Part shown: positions 23,950 through 36,500 of the stretch, piece after piece
Layout: every line of letters starts with the position of its first letter
How positions within the stretch are numbered: position 1 is the first letter of the stretch
Assembly (NCBI RefSeq): GCF_036365525.1
Contig: NC_090397.1
Span: 16,319,657 to 16,383,656, forward strand
Reading direction: 5' to 3'
From: Heterodontus francisci
Taxonomy: Eukaryota
Length of the DNA stretch: 64,000 nt
Translations under genes and position numbers: made by a program
The notes under the pieces: model-generated
Databases searched by the model: none
What the model was told of the DNA's origin: nothing
The model's input: the letters and a program-made list of their open reading frames with translations, nothing else

Positions 23950-24680
23950 GGAAGCACAGATCAGAAAACGTCCGATGTGCCATTGTAGTCCTACTTCTAA
24001 ACTACGCTCCCTTTGGGTCATTGTGATTGATGGGAGTTTGTGCCAGAAAAGGTACAGATTCTGGAGTAGTTGAAGTTTGTGTAGGAGAGAGGCCAGTGAG
24101 AAGCATATAGTGAAATCAATCCTTGGGATTATGAAGGTGTTGATGAGGATGATGTAGAATGTAATTGGGCAGTTTCCCTGAGGTGGAAGGCAGTAGTCTT
24201 GGTACAGATCAGATGTGGGGTTGCAAGACAAACAGAAGGTGAAACAGAATGCAGCGAATAACTTTGGAGATTAATAGAATTGGTGTCAGAGTTACTCAGT
24301 GTTGGCAAAGGCCAAGTAGGAAAGCTTACAGTACTGCAAATGTGGAACAGAAAGAGGCTTCGATTCATCCAGTATGGGACATTGGACAGGAAATCAAATA
24401 GTGCAACTGCCCTGGAGTCACGGGTAATGGTAAAGTTGCCCAACATGAGCAGAGATCTGGAGGACAGCACCAAAGGATATCATAGAGATGAATAGGAGAA
24501 GATAAAGAAAGAAGTCATGGAGTACAAGCATGAGACAAGAAAAAACTTATATTGACTGCATTGAGACAAGTAGGACAAGTCAATGTGTGCTGCTACGGAG
24601 GGGAGGCAGTGGAGAAAAATGGAGCGACCAAGAGTGTCCAAGGAGCGGACGGGGGTCAAGGAGAGCATGGATCCCATTTG
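23950..24680 (-). mobile_element. Old L2-like LINE RT remnant
   Basis: The minus frame has degenerate 'FIIPRIDF..SLASL LHKLQLLQN' (compare L2 'SRLDYCNSLL..LQLVQN'). Confidence 0.5.
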
Positions 24681-25321
24681 CTGCTCCAGTTGTAGTATAT
24701 GGTATTATAATTTGCATATGGCAGTGGTTACAGATTATACTGCTGTCATTCCCTTTTTAATCTGGGAATATGACCTAAGCCACATTTGGAACTTGGAGCA
24801 TTAATGTGCACAAATCTGGTTTATGGCATGAACGGAATCTCTCTCCCCCCACCCCAGACACTTATCTTTTATCCAATTTTAGTCTGGAGATTACAGCCAA
24901 ATCTTGTGAGATAACATGCAGAGCACTGATCCATCCAATCTATCCCATATAGTTATGATGCCCTCAGCATCACAATATAGACATAACCTACCTACCCAAA
25001 GCCATGAAATCTGTTGGGAGAGGTGAAAAACCAGACACAAAGTAAGGCCAATCAGGGAAAATAAAATCTGGAAAATTCTTTTCCCACCCCCTCAATCAAT
25101 TGAAACTGGTCCAGGAGATCACATGACCCTGATTTATGTTATAGGATACCTAACTCTTGTACAAGGTGGTTTCTGCCCAAGCCAGAAACAGGTCAAGTTC
25201 TCTCTAAACGGAATTCAGTGAATAAGCATTCATCACACAAGCCAGCAGCCACTCCACATGTTCACTATTCTCTGAGAAAAGAACAACTGCTTAACAACCA
25301 ACCAAGTTCAATCCATAGAGA

Positions 25322-25538
25322 GGGGAGATGGTGGTGTAGTTGTAATGTCATTGGACTACTAATCCAGAAGCCCCAGGTTCTGGGGACATGGGTTTGAATC
25401 CCACTATGGCAGATGGTGAAGTTTGAATTCAATTAATAAATCTGGAATTAAAAGCTAGTCTAATGGTGACCATGAAACCATTGTCGATTGTTGTAAAAAC
25501 CCATCCAGTTCACTAATGCCCTTTAGGGAAGGAAATCT
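25322..25538 (+). mobile_element. tRNA-derived SINE, 5' part (split by Penelope-like insertion)
   Basis: A-box-like 'tggtggtgtagttg' and B-box-like 'ggtttgaatccc'. The body ends '..gggaaggaaatct' and resumes at 28116. Confidence 0.8.
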
Positions 25539-28115
25539 TAGGCCCCCACCTCAATGAATTTTGTGCCCGGCGTGACATTGAGCTCTTCTTCCGTCGCCTT
25601 CACCTCCAGGCTCATTTCCTTGACCAGGAGTCCTCCCCGCAACCAGCAGACCCATTCACCCACCTCCAGCATTCTCCCTCCTGTTGGACCCCTCCCTCTG
25701 GCCGATTACCCACACTTGATGTTTTCATTGAAAACTGTCGGTGAGACATTGACCATCACAATTTCTCTGCCCCTCTCACCAGCTCTAACCTGTCTCCCTC
25801 TGAACTTGCTGCACTCCGTTCTCTTAGGTCGAATCCCAACATTGTCATCAAACCAGCAGACAAGGGTGGTGCTGTTGTTGTCTGGCATACTGACCTCTAC
25901 CTTGCAGAGGCTCAGTGCCAACTCTGAGTCACTTCTTCCTACTGCCCCCTGGACCATGACCTCACCACTGAACATCAAGCTACTGTCCACAGGACTGTCG
26001 CTGACCTCATCTCCTCTGCAGATCTTCGCTCTACAGCTTCCAACCTCATAGTCCTGCAACCGCGGACAGCCCGCTTCTACCTCCTTCCCAAAACCCACAA
26101 ACAGGACTGTCCTGGCAGACCCATTGTGTCTGCCTGTTACTGCCCCACTGAACTTATTTCTTCCTATCTTGACTCTATCTTTTCTCCCCTGGTCCAGTCT
26201 CTTCCCACCTACATCTGTGACTCTTCTGATGCCCTATGTCATTTTGACAATTTCCAGTTTCCTGGCCCCAACCGCCTCCTCATCACTATGGACGGCCAAT
26301 CTCTCTACACCTCCATCCACCACCAGGATGGTTTGAGGGCTCTCCGCTTCTTCCTTCAACAGAGGCCCAACCAGTCCCCATCCACCACCACCCTCCTCCA
26401 CCTGGCTGAACTTGTTCTCACATTGAACAACTTCTCCTTCAACTCCACTCACTTCCTTCAAGTAAAAGGGGTTGCTATGGGTACCTGCATGGGTCCTAGT
26501 TATGCCTGTCTTTTTGTGGGATATATCAAGCATTTCTTGTTCCAGTCCTAGTCAGACCCCCTCCCCCAACTCTTTTTCTGGTACACTGATGACTGTATCA
26601 ATGCCATTTCCTGCTCCTGCCCCGAACTGGAAAACTTTATCAACTTTGCTTCTAATTTCCACCCTTCTCTCACCTTTACATGGTCCATTTCTGACACTTC
26701 TCTTCCCTTCCTCAACTTCTCTGTCTCCATGTCTGGGGATAGGCTGTCTACTAATATTCATTATAAGCCCACCGACTCCCACAGCTACCTCGACTACACT
26801 TCTTCACACCTTGCCTCCTGTAAGGACTCCATTCCATTATCCCAGTTTCTCCGTCTCCGACGCATGTGCTCTGATGATGCAACCTTCCAGGACAGCGCTT
26901 CTGATATGTCTTCCTTTTTCCTCAACCGAGGACTCCCCCACCCCCCCACTGTGGTTGACAGGGCCCTCAACCGTGTCCGTCCCATTTCCTGCACCTCTAC
27001 CCTCACACCTTCCCCTCCCTCCCAGAACCACGACAGGGTTCCCCTTGTCTTCACTTTCCACCCCACCAGCCTCCACATCCAAAGGATCACCCTCCGCCAT
27101 TTCCGTCATGTCCAGCGTGACGCCACTACCAAACGCATCTTCCCCTCCCCTCCCCTGTTAGCATTCCGTATGGATCATTCCCTCTGTGACACCCCTACCA
27201 CCTCGTCCCCTTCCCACGGCACCTTCCCGTGCAATAGCAGGTGGTGTAATATCTGAATTTTTACCTCCTCTCTCCTCACTATCCAAGGCCCCAAACACTC
27301 TTTTCAGGTGAAGCAGGATTTACTAGTACTTCTTTCAATGTAGTATACTGTATTCGCTGCTCACAACGTGGTCTCCTCTACATTGGGGAGACCAAACGCA
27401 GATTGGGTGACCGCTTTGCGGAACACCTCGGCTCTGTCCGAAAGCATGACCCCAAGCTTCCGGTTGCTGGCCATTTCAACACACTTTCCTGCTCTCATGC
27501 CCACATGTCTGTCCTGGGCTTGCTGCAGTGTTCCAGTGAACATCAACGCAAGCTTGAGGAACAGCATCTCATTTACCAATTAGGCACGCTACAGCCTGCC
27601 AGACTGAACATTGAGTTCAGTAATTTCAGAGCATGACGGGCCCCCCCTTTTTATTTTCAGTTATTTTTTTCTTTGCTCTTTTTATTTTATTTTAGTTTGC
27701 TTCAGCATTCATTTTTTTTAACATGCGCCTGCCCACTGTTTTTTTTCATGATTGTGCTTTGGGCCAGGGCTGTTCATTTTTCTGTCCATTAGCACCCTCG
27801 CTGCACTAACGCTTTGTCATTCAATAAGCCATTAACATACCATTTGCCTTTGTTCCATGACATTCTGGTCAGTTATTCTCTGTGACCCTCTGTCCTATCA
27901 ACACCTTCTCTTTTGTTATCTCTTGCCCCACCACCCACTTTACTTGCTTAAAACCTTTTACATTTCTAATATCTGTCAGTTCTGAAGAAGGGTCACTGAC
28001 CTGAAAGGTTAATCTGCTTCTCTCTCCACAGATGCTGCCAGACCTGCTGAGTATTTCCAGCATTTCTTGTTTTTATTTCAGATTTCCAGCATCTGCAGTA
28101 TTTTGCTTTTATTAT
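25539..28115 (+). mobile_element. Penelope-like retroelement (RT + GIY-YIG), 5'-truncated, decayed
   Basis: KPADKGG, FYLLPK.HK..PGRPIVS, TMD..SLYTSI, GVAMGTCMGPSYA, YTDD, YKPTD, then 'VVYCIRC..LYIGET..LGDRFAEHL' ending at 27636. Flanked by AATCT repeats (25534-25538, 28116-28120). Confidence 0.92.
27974..28016 (+). ncRNA. Minimal hammerhead ribozyme-like motif in the Penelope-like 3' region (probably degenerate)
   Basis: CTGAAGA (27982-27988), hairpin GGGTC-ACT-GACCT, then GAAA (28003-28006). Confidence 0.55.
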
Positions 28116-28290
28116 AATCTGCCATCCTTACCTGGTCTGACCTACATGTGACTCCAGACCCACAGCAATGTGATTGAATCTTAAATGCCATATGAAATGG
28201 CCTAGCAAGCCACTCAGTTCAGGGCAATTAGGGATGGGCAATAAATGCTGGCCTTGCTAACAACACCCACATCCCATGAATGAATAAAAG
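28116..28290 (+). mobile_element. tRNA-derived SINE, 3' part
   Basis: 'aatctgccatccttacctgg..gggcaattagggatgggcaataaatgctggcc..cccacatcccatgaatgaataaa'. The tail is shared with the LINEs at 18430-18498 and 22610-22640. Confidence 0.8.
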
Positions 28291-29369
28291 CAATACAACT
28301 TGCCAGCCTAACCCCTAGTCACCATAACCTCTCCATTTCAGTAGTTGGTTCACATAAACACAGAAAAGTCCCTTGATTATTTTATAAACCAGGGGAAGTT
28401 TTGATCAAACTGTACAGGGTTCTGTCAGACCACATGTTGACAATAGTATTCAATTCAGATTGTGAAGAAAAACAAGTAGGCATTCAAGGACTGAAAGCAG
28501 TGCAGAGAAGAACCATGAGGCTGGTCCAAAGGTAACATCCTCTTCACTCACTTCTTCCAAGCACATTCATCTAGACTTCCAATAATAAGGCAATCTCTGG
28601 TGACCCCGTTGGTCTTTTCTCCTCCACAAACCCTGAGCCTTTGAACCGGGTTCAAATCTTAGCAGATTTTTGCTGTATTGGTGATCTGAGAGCAGCAGTT
28701 TCCCCAGAACCAGTCCACTGGTCTCTCTCTCTTTCTCTCTCTCTTTAAGCTGCACAGCTGATTGCTGGTCTCCGTTTCTACTTTCAACCCCCAGACCCAG
28801 GAAAGCCTCTCAAATTTATCCAGATCAGAAGTCAATAGTTGTTTGCCTTTGACAATTCTGAGAGACCTAAGTCTGACTTGAGCAAAACCACCTGGGCCTT
28901 CCTTCGTTTCCAGGTGTTTAGCAACTCAAATTTGCATTTTAGAGCCCCTGGCTCCCTGTTTATGATCTGTGCATTTGGCAGAGTGAAACCCATTGTCCTT
29001 CAGCTGTTACAACCTTGCACCCTGCTTTCAAGAGGGCTTTTGAACTGGCTTCCCTGTTCTCATGGTAGCAAAGACCCCTGGCTTGTCACTTTGTGTGAGG
29101 TCACATGTTTCCTCTGCATGTCCATTTTACGCTGCATTAAAGAACACGTTTTTAAAACATGACCAGACTACAAAATCCAGCATTGATAATAGTTTGAAAA
29201 ACTAGAAAAACTCAGGGGTGCCGGTGCAGGGGTAATTCTTTAGCTTCACTGTGTGGACGCTGACCTGGGAGAGTGAATTACCTGGCTATTGTATTTGATT
29301 CCATGTGAAATCATTTCAGTAAAAAATTATCTAGGGCTTCTCAGCCTGGAAAGGAGGCATCTAAGAGGT

Positions 29370-29662
29370 CCTCCGACTTCTGCCTCTTGTCCATACCCCC
29401 TCTCCTTCACCACACCTTTGGCGGCTATATCTTCAGCCATCTAGGCCCTAAGCTCTGTAATTCCTTCCCTAAACCTCTCTGCCTCATTACCACACTTTCC
29501 TAGTTTAAGATGCTTCTTAAAACTACCTCTTCAGCCAAGCTTTTGGCCATCTGCCCTAATATCGCCTTTCGGTGTCAAATTGTATTTTATAATGCTCCTG
29601 TGAAACGCTTTGGAATTTCTTTTCCATTAAAGGCACTATATAAGTACAAGTTGTTGTTATTG
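29370..29662 (+). mobile_element. L2-like LINE 3' fragment
   Basis: Pyrimidine-rich body ending 'gtgaaacgctttgg..ttaaaggcactatataagtacaagttgttgttattg'. Confidence 0.65.
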
Positions 29663-29793
29663 CTAATTCTTGGTGACCCTAGGACAATCCTGGAGGGTTG
29701 GTTACCCTAGATTAAAGTGGCCCTGTACCTCCTTGGGTTGGCTTATAAGATGGCCCTTTAACTGCTCCTGTTACACCCTCTACCTGTCTAGTC

Positions 29794-30190
29794 CAGTGGT
29801 TCTCAAACTGGGTTCCCAGACACTTGGGAGTCCACATAGATTTTACGACGCTCCGCAAAATACTGTGAAGGTGCTTACATGGGCAGCTGGAAGCAGGCTT
29901 GATGCAATCTAGAAAGCAGGAGCGGAGCACGGCCACCACATGTGCAGTGCAGAGTCAGTTGCCTCGCTCACCTCTGATGGGAGAACACACCGAGGAGCAC
30001 TGACAGTGGCAGGAAGATCACTATATCTGTAAGTAAATATCTGTTTTCTTAAAAGTATCATTAAAACTCTCTTTACATGCAGCACTTTCACATCATGTGT
30101 CGTATATATCACTGCAATTTAAATCTGTGTCTGTGATTATTAGTCCATTTGAAAAGGGGTCCTGCAACCAAAAGAATTTGAGAACCACTG
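29794..30190. mobile_element. hAT (Charlie-like) MITE, 397 bp
   Basis: TIRs CAGTGGTTCTCAAACT / AATTTGAGAACCACTG. The 8-bp TSD-like flanks GTCTAGTC and GTGCAGTC match at 6 of 8 positions. Confidence 0.82.
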
Positions 30191-30354
30191 GTGCAGTCAT
30201 GGCCATTTCATGGCACATCTAATATTTGAGAGAGACTGAGTGGATGACAGGCTACATTCTCTTCCATGCCCACTAAAGCTGCATTGCTGCTATGGATCAC
30301 TGCTTGTCCACTACTCTACATGGGAGCAGCAATTAGATCACAGTATATTTATTG

Positions 30355-30504
30355 GGCTGGGTAGCATCGGCCATGGTGGGATTTGAACCCGTGTCCCCAG
30401 GGCATTGGCCACACACGTGCCAGGCAAAGACCATCAACAAGAGAGAATCCAGCCAACTCCCCTTGAGATTCAGCGGCAGTACCATCGCTGAACCCCCCGC
30501 AATC
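30355..30504. mobile_element. Chimeric SINE-head (minus) and LINE RT (plus) fragment abutting the satellite
   Basis: 30370-30402 is the reverse complement of the SINE B-box region (compare 25381-25410). 30408-30504 resembles the LINE segment 22060-22165 ('PHTCQAKTINKRESSQLPLRFSGSTIAEPP'). Confidence 0.7.
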
Positions 30505-33500
30505 AAACAGCAGCACTGGAAAACAATAGAGCTCACAGTGAAACAGCAGCACCAGAAAACAATAGAGCTCACAGTTAAACGGCAGCACCAGGAAACAATA
30601 GAGTTCACAGTGAAACAGCAGCACTGGAAAACAATAGAGCTCACAGTTAAACAGCAGCACCAGGAAACAGTAGAGCTCAAAGTGAAACAGCAGCACCGGA
30701 AAACAATAGAGCTCACAGTGAAACAGCAGCACCGGAAAACAATAGAGTTCACAATGAAACAGCAGCACTGGAAAAAAATGGACCTCACAGTGAAACAGCA
30801 GCACTGCAAAACAATAGAGATCACAGTGAAACAACAGCAGCAGAAAACAATAGAGCTCACAGTGAAACACCAGCACTGGTAAACAATGGGGCTCACAGTG
30901 AAACAGCAGCACTGGAAAACAATAGAGCTCACAGTGAAACAGCAGCAGCGTAAAACAACAGAGCTCACAGTGAAACAGCAGCACCAGGAAACAATAGAAC
31001 CCGCAGTGAAACAGCACCAACACGAAACAGTCGAGCTCACAGTGAAAGAGCAGCACTGGAAAACAATAGAGCTTACAGTGCAACAGCAGCACCAGGAAAC
31101 AATCGAGCTCACAGTGAAACAGCAGCACCAGGAAACAATTGAGCTCACAGTGAAACAGCAGCACCAGGAAACAATAGAGCTCACAGTGAAACAGCAGCAC
31201 CAGAAAACAATAGAGCTCACAGTGAAACAGCAGCACCAGAAAACAATAGAGCTCACAGTGAAACAGCTGCACTGGGAAACAATAGAGCTCACAGTGAAAC
31301 AGCAGCACCAGAAAACAATAGAGCTCACAGTGAAACAGCAGCACCAGAAAACAATAGAGCTCACAGTGAAACAGCTGCACTGGGAAACAATAGAGCTCAC
31401 CGTAAAACAGCAGCACCAGAAAACAATAGAGCTCACAGTGAAACAGCAGCACTGGAAAACAATAGAGCTCACCGTGAAACAGCAGCACCAGAAAACAATA
31501 GAGCTCACAGTGAAACAGCAGCACCAGGAAACAAAAGAGCTCACAGTGCAACAGCAGCACCAGAAAACAATAGAGCTCACAGTGAAACAGCAGCACCAGG
31601 AAACAATAGAGCTCACAGTGAAACAGCAGCACCAGAAAACAATAGAGCTCACAGTGAAACAGCAGCACCAGGAAACAATAGAGATCACCGTGAAACAGCA
31701 GCACCAGGAAAACAATAGAGCTCACAGTGAAACAGCAGCACTGGAAAACAATAGAGCTCACCGTGAAACAGCAGCACCAGAAAACAATAGAGCTCACAGT
31801 GAAACAGCAGCACCAGGAAACAATAGAGCTCACAGTGAAACAGCAGCACCAGGAAACAATAGAGATCTCAGTGAAAGAGCAGCAGCGGAAAACAAGAGAG
31901 CTCACAGTGAAACAGCAGCACCAGGAAATAATAGAGCTCACAGTGAAACAGCAGCACTGGAAAACAATGGAGCTCACAGTGAAATAGCAGCACCAGGAAA
32001 CAATAGAGTTCACAGTGAAATAGCAGCACTGGAAAACAATGGAACTCACAGTGAAACAGCAGCACCAGGAAACAATAGAGTTCACAGTGAAATAGCAGCA
32101 CTGTAAAACAATGGAGCTCACAGTGAAACAGCAGCACCAGTAAATAATAGAGCTCACAGTGAAACAGCAGCACCAGAAAACAATAGAGCTCACAGTGAAA
32201 CAGTAGCACTGGAAAACAATAGAGCTCACAGTGCAACAGCAGCAATGGAAAAAAATGGACCTCACAGTGAAACAGCAGCACTGGAAAACAATAGAGCTCA
32301 CAGTGAAACAGCAGCACCAGAAAACAATAGAGCACACAGTGAAACAGCAGCACCAGGAAACAATAGAGCTCACCGTGAAACAGCAGCACTGGAAAACAAT
32401 AGAGCTCACAGTGAAACAGCAGCACTGGAAAACAATAGAGCTCACAGTGAAACAACAGCAGCAGAAAACAATAGAGCTCACAGTGAAACAGCAGCACTGG
32501 TAAACAATGGGGCTCACAGTGAAACAGCAGCACTGGAAAACAATAGAGCTCAAAGTGAAACAACAGCAGCAGAAAACAGTCGAGCTCACAGGGAAACAAC
32601 AGCAGCAGAAAACAATAGAGCTCACAGTGAAACAGCACCAACAGGAAACAGTCGAGCTCACAGTGAAACAGCAGCACTGGAAAACAATAGAGCTCACAGT
32701 GAAACAGCAGCAGCGTAAAACAACAGAGCTCACAGTGAAACAGCAGCACCAGGAAACAATAGAAACCGCAGTGAAACAGCACCAACAGGAAACAGTCGAG
32801 CTCACAGTTTAACAGCAGCACTGGAAAACAATAGAGCTTACAGTGCAACAGCAGCACCAGGAAACAATCGAGCTCACAGTGAAACAGCAGCACCAGGAAA
32901 CAATAGAGCTCACAGTGAAACAGCAGCACCAGGAAACAATAGAGCTCACAGTGAAACAGCAGCACCAGGAAACAATAGAGCTCACAGCGAAACAGCAGCA
33001 CTGGAAAACAATTGAGCTCACAGTAAAACAGCAGCACCAGAAAACAATAGAGCTCACAGTGAAACAGCAGCACCAGGAAACAATAGAGCTCACCGTGAAA
33101 CAGCAGCACTGGAAAACAATAGAGCTCACAGTGAAACAGCAGCACTGGAAAACAATAGAGCTCACCGTGAAACAGCAGCACCAGAAAACAATAGAGCTCA
33201 CAGTGAAACAGCAGCACCAGGAAACAATGGAGCTCACCGTGCAACAGCAGCACCAGAAAACAATAGAGCTCACAGTGAAACAGCAGCACCAGGAAACAAT
33301 AGAGATCTCAGTGAAATAGCAGCAGCGGAAAACAATAGAGCTCACAGTGAAACAGCAGCAGCGGGAAACAAGAGAGCTCACAGTGAAACAGCAGCACCAG
33401 GAAACAATAGAGCTCACTGTGAAATAGCAGCACTGGAAAACAATGGAGCTCACAGTGAAACAGCAGCACCAGGAAATAACAGAGCTCACAGTGAAACAGC

Positions 33501-36500
33501 AGCACTGAAAAACAATAGAGTTCACAGTGCAACAGCAGCACAAGGAAACAATGTAGCTCACAGTGAAACAGCAGCACTGGAAAACAATCGAGCTCAAAGT
33601 GAAACAGCTGCACCAGGAAACAATAGAGCTCACAGTGAAACAGCAGCAACAGGAAACAATAGAGCTCAAAGTGAAACAGCAGCACTGGAAAACAATAGAG
33701 CTCAAAGTGAAACAGCAGCACTGGAAAACAATCGAGCTCAAAGTGAAACAGCTGCACCAGGAAACAATAGAGCTCACAGTTTAACAGCAGCACTGGAAAA
33801 CAATAGAGTACACAGTGAAACAGCAGCACTGGAAAACAATAGAGCTGACAGTGAAACAGCAGCACAAGGAAACAACAGAGCTCACAGTGAAAGAGCAGCA
33901 ACAGGAAACAATCGAGCTCACAGTGAAACAGCAGCAGTGGAAAACAATAGAGCTGACAGTGAAACAGCAGCACAAGGAAACAACAGAGCTCACAGTGAAA
34001 CAGCAGCACAAGGAAACAATAGAGCTGACAGTGAAACAGCAGCACAAGGAAACAACAGAGCTCACAGTGAAAGAGCAGCAACAGGAAACAATCGAGCTCA
34101 AAGTGAAACAGCAGCAGTGGAAAACAGTAGAGCTCACAGTGAAACAGCAGCACTGGAAAACAATAGAGCTGACAGTGAAACAGCAGCACTGGAAAACAAT
34201 AGAGCTGACAGTGAAACAGCAGCACAAGGAAACAACAGAGCTCACAGTGAAAGAGCAGCAACAGGAAACAACAGAGCTCACAGTGAAACAGCAGCACTGG
34301 AAAACAATCAAGCTCACAGTGAAACAGCAGCACTGGAAAACATCGAGCTTACAGTGAAACAGCAGCAGTGGAAAACAGTAGAGCTCACAGTGAAACAGCA
34401 GCACTGGAAAACAATAGAGCTCACAGTGAAACAGCTGCACCAGGGAACAACAGAGCTCACAGTGAAACAGCAGCACTGGAAAACAATCAAGCTCACTGTG
34501 AAACAGCAGCACTGCAAAACATCGAGCTCACAGTGAAACAGCAGCAGTGGAAAACAATAGAGCTCACAGTGAAACAGCAGCACTGGAAAACATCGAGCTC
34601 ACAGTGAAACAGCAGCACTGGAAAACAATCAAGCTCACTGTGAAACAGCAGCACTGGAAAACAATCGAGCTCACAGTGAAACAGCAGCACTGGAAAACAA
34701 TCGAGCTCACAGTGAAACAGCAGCACTTGAAGACAACAGAGCTCACAGTGAAACAGCAGAACCAGGAATCAATAGAGCTCACAGTGAAACAGCAGCATTG
34801 GAAGACAATAGAGCTCACAGTGAAACAGCAGAACAAGGAATCAATAGAGCTCACAGTGAAACAGCAGCACTGGAAGACAATAGAGCTCAAAGTGAAACAG
34901 CAGCACAAGGAAACAATGCAGCTCACAGTGAAACAGCAGCACTGGAATACAATAGAGCTCACCGTGAAACAGCAGCACTGGAATACAATAGAGCTCACCG
35001 TGAAACAGCACCACCAGGAAACTGTAGAGCTCACCGGGAAACAGCAGCACCAGGAAACAACAGAGCTCAAAGTGAAGAGCAGCACTGGAAGACAACAGAG
35101 CTCAGAGTGAAACAGCAGCACTGGAAAGCAATCGAGCTCACAGTGAAACAGCGGCAGCAGAAAACAATAGAGATCACAGTGAAACAGCAGCAGTGGAAAA
35201 CTATAGAGCTCACAGTGAAACAGCAGCAGCAGGAAACAATGGAGCTCACAGTGAAACAGCAGCAGCAGGAAACAATGGAGCTCACAGTGAAACAGCGGCA
35301 CTGGAAAACAATAGAGCTCACAGTGAAACAGCAGCACTGGAAAACGATAGAGCTCACAGTGAAACAGCAGCACTGGAAAACAATATAGCTCACAGTGAAA
35401 CAGCAGCCCTGGAAAACAATAGAGCTCACAGTGAAACAGCAGCCCTGGACAACAATAGAGCTCTCAGTGAAACAGCGGCACCAGAAAACAATCGAGCTCA
35501 CAGTGAAACAGCAGCACTGGAAAACAGTGGAGCTCACAGTGAAACAGCTGCACCAGGAAACAATACAGCTCATATTGAAACAGCAGCACTGGAAACTAAT
35601 ACAGCTCAAAGTGAAACAGTTGCACCAGGAAACAATAGAGCTCACAGTGAAACAGCAGCACAAGGAACCAATGCAGCTCACAGTGAAACAGCAGCACTGG
35701 AAAACAATCGAGCTCAAAGTGAAACAGCTGCACAAAGAAACAATAGAGCTCACAGTTTAACAGCAGCACTGGAAAACAATAGAGTACACAGTGAAACAGC
35801 AGCACTGGAAAACAATAGAGCTGACAGTGAAACAGCAGCACAAGGAAACAACAGAGCTCACAGTGAAAGAGCAGCAACAGGAAACAATCGAGCTCACAGT
35901 GAAACAGCAGCACTGGAAAACAATAGAGCTCACAGTGAAACAGCAGCACAAGGAAACAACAGAGCTCACAGTGAAAGAGCAGCAACAGGAAACAATCGAG
36001 CTCAAAGTGAAACAGCAGCAGTGGAAAACAGTGGAGCTCACAGTGAAACAGCAGCACTGGAAAACAGTAGAGCTCACAGTGAAACAGCAGCACTGGAAAA
36101 CAATAGAGCTGACAGTGAAACAGCAGCACAAGGAAACAACAGAGCACACAGTGAAAGAGCAGCAACAGGAAACAATAGAGCTCACAGTGAAACAGCAGCA
36201 CTGGAAAACAATCAAGCTCACAGTGAAACAGCAGCACTGGAAAACATCGAGCTCACAGTGAAACAGCAGCAGTGGAAAACAGTAGAGCTCACAGTGAAAC
36301 AGCAGCACTGGAAAACAATAGAGCTCACAGTGAAACAGCTGCACCAGGAAACAACAGAGCTCACAGTGAAACAGCAGCACTGGAAAACAATCAAGCTCAC
36401 TGTGAAACAGCAGCACTGGAAGACATCGAGCTCATAGTGAAACAGCAGCAGTGGAAAACAATAGAGCTCACAGTGAAACAGCAGCACTGGAAAACAATAG

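Noticed and set aside
25322-25415. tRNA gene
   Set aside because: The A- and B-box-like motifs belong to a SINE head, and no intact cloverleaf is evident.
28560-29165. Possible solo LTR or regulatory segment (CT microsatellite, distinct composition)
   Set aside because: I could not identify TG..CA termini with a TSD or a second copy.
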